NCBI RefSeq assembly: GCF_035084215.1
Contig: NC_090352.1
Span: 744,001 to 808,000, forward strand
DNA length: 64,000 bases
Direction of reading: 5' to 3'
DNA from: Heptranchias perlo
Taxonomy: Eukaryota
The first letter of the stretch is position 1, and each line of letters begins with the position of its first letter. The notes below the pieces were generated by a model. The model worked only from the letters and a program-made list of their open reading frames with translations. It did not search any database and was not told the origin of the DNA. Of this stretch, positions 61,947 to 64,000 are shown piece by piece. The translations under genes were made by a program, and so were the position numbers.

Positions 61947-62461
61947 TTTCACAAACTATTCCAGTGCAATCTTTGATTTTTACATTTGTTTCTAATAAAC
62001 TGATTTGATTTTAGTGAGTTTAGACTGAGTCGGTGATGTGATAATATTGTATCAGTAAATCACATCATTATTATAAACATCTCTTGTGTATACAAACCCA
62101 GAAGAATGACCTCCTGGCCAATTGGCCACATTGCTGGAGCCCTGATCAGATTCTGATGTCAGTGATTCACACAGGAGTTTCCTGGTTTTGTTCTCACACG
62201 TCAACCTTCAATCACAGAGACACGGCGACGGCTCGAGTAACACCTGGCACTACAGGCGCTCACCGCCTGTGTCAGTTTCATTCGACACAGATTGATGGTG
62301 ATTGACAGTGGAATGTGTTCAACTCTCGAATGGATCTTGACTGAGGTTAGGGAGGAAAGCAAAGCCTGATATGTGGCAGAATGAGGGCCTGAGTCTGTTC
62401 AAACCACATGGGTGGGCGGGAATCCCAGCTTCGAGGGACTGTTACCCGACAACTAGTTCTT

Positions 62462-64000
62462 ATAGAATCATAGAATCATAGAATGGATACAGCGCAGAAG
62501 GAGGCCATTCGGCCCTTCGAGCCTGTGCCGGCTCTTTGTAAGAGCAATCCAGATAGTCCCATTCCCCCGCTCTTTCCCCGTAGCCCTGCAAATTTTTTCC
62601 CTTCAAATATTTTTCCAATTCCTTTTGAAAGCCAATATTGAATCTGCTTCCACCACCATTTCAGGGAATGCATTCCAGATCATAACTACTCGCTGCGTAA
62701 AAAAGTTTTTCCTCACGTCGCCTTTGGTTCTTTTGCCAATCACCATAAATCTGTGTCCTCTGGTTCTCGACCCTTCCGCCAATGGGAACAGTTTCTCTTT
62801 ATTTACTTTATCTAAACCCTTCATGATTTTGAACACTTCGATCAAATCTCCTCTTAACCTTTTCTGTTCTAAGGAGAACAACCCCAGCTTCTCCAGTCTC
62901 TCCATGTAACTGATGTCCCTCATCCCTGGAACCATACGAGTAAATCTTTTCTGCACCCTCTCTAAGGCCTTCACATCCTTCCTAAAGTGCGGTGCCCAGA
63001 ATTGGACACAATACTCCAGTTGTGGCTGAACCAGTGTTTTATAAAGGTTCAACATGACTTCCTTACTTTTGTATTCTATGCCTCTATTTATAAAGCCCAG
63101 GATCCCGTATGCTTTTTTAACCACTTTCTCAACCTGTCCTGCCACATACAATGACCTGTGCACACATACCCCCAGATCTCTCTGTTCTTGCACCCCCTTT
63201 AGAATTGTACCGTTTAGTTTATATTGCCTTTCCTCATTCTTCCTGCCAAAATGTATCACTTCACATTTTTCTGTGTTAAATTTCATTTGCCACGTGTCTG
63301 CCCATTCCACCAGCCTGTCTATGTCCTCTTGAAGTCTATCACTATCCTCCTCACTGTTCACTACACTTCCAAGTTTTGTGTCATCTGCAAATTTTGAAAT
63401 TGTGCCCTGTACACCCAAGTCCAAGTCATTAATATATATCAAGAAAAGCAGAGGTCCTAGTACCGACCCCTGGGGAACACCACTGTACACCTCCCTCCAG
63501 TCCGAAAAACAACTGTTCACCACTACTCTGTTTCCTGTCACTGAGCCAATTTTGTATTCATGCTGCCACTGCCCCTTTTATTCCATGGGCTTCAATTTTG
63601 CTGACAAGCCTATTATGTGGCACTTTATTAAACGCCTTTTGAAAGTCCATATACACAACATCAACCGCATTGCCCTCATCAACCCTCTCTGTTACCTGAT
63701 CAAAAAAAAGCCTCATCAAGTTAGTTAAACACGATTTGCCTTTAACAAATCCGTGCTGGTTTTCCTTTATTAATCCACACTTGTCCAAGTGACTATTAAT
63801 TCTGTCCCGGATTATCATTTCTAAAAGTTTCACCATCACCGAGGTTAAACTGACTGGCCTCTAGTTGCTGGGTTTATCCTTACACCCTTTTTTGAACAAG
63901 GGCATAACATTTGCAATTCTCCAGTCCTCTGGCACCACCCCCATATCTCAGGAGGATTAGAAGATTATGGCCAGTACCTCCGCAATTTCCACCGTTACTT
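62462..64000 (-). mobile_element. CR1 LINE, runs off the window end
   Basis: (ATAGAATC)n tail, the reverse complement of the CR1 octamer ATTCTATG; 312-aa RT ORF with PQGSVLGP and KFADDTK. Confidence 0.95.

Noticed and set aside
61384-62008. 205-aa ORF with CAGCAG acceptor as a candidate next exon
   Set aside because: Phase 1 splicing gives a stop within 7 codons, and the ORF's length comes from the 21-bp repeat.

Overview
Eukaryotic vertebrate genomic DNA, most likely from a cartilaginous fish (shark), judged from the CR1 families with (ATTCTATG)n tails, SacSINE1-like SINEs, L2 and Penelope remnants. The window is almost entirely intronic sequence of one + strand host gene. Two short coding exons (40127-40249, 59295-59398), both absent from the supplied ORF track, splice in frame to give a complete EMI domain closely matching COL26A1/EMID2; exon 1 and exons 4 onward were not found. 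The rest is dense with retroelements: many CR1 LINEs (often nested, two with a zinc-finger/SGNH-esterase ORF1), four copies of a second poly(A)-tailed LINE family, L2 3' ends, several SINEs, PIF/Harbinger remnants and about ten tandem-repeat arrays. Most long ORFs in the track are repeat artefacts or LINE fragments. Best observations: (1) an 88-bp-arm palindromic Penelope-type insertion with a minimal hammerhead ribozyme on each strand and an 11-bp target-site duplication; (2) a CR1 insertion with the geometry of twin-priming 5' inversion inside a multi-layer nest; (3) an in-frame tandem 3' splice site 6 nt apart in the EMI domain; (4) clustered 5' truncation of one LINE family; (5) two SINE/LINE pairs sharing 3' tails. 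I found no prokaryote-type system (CRISPR, operon) and cannot claim a wholly new system from sequence alone. Boundaries of degraded elements are approximate, and family names come from recall, not database searches.
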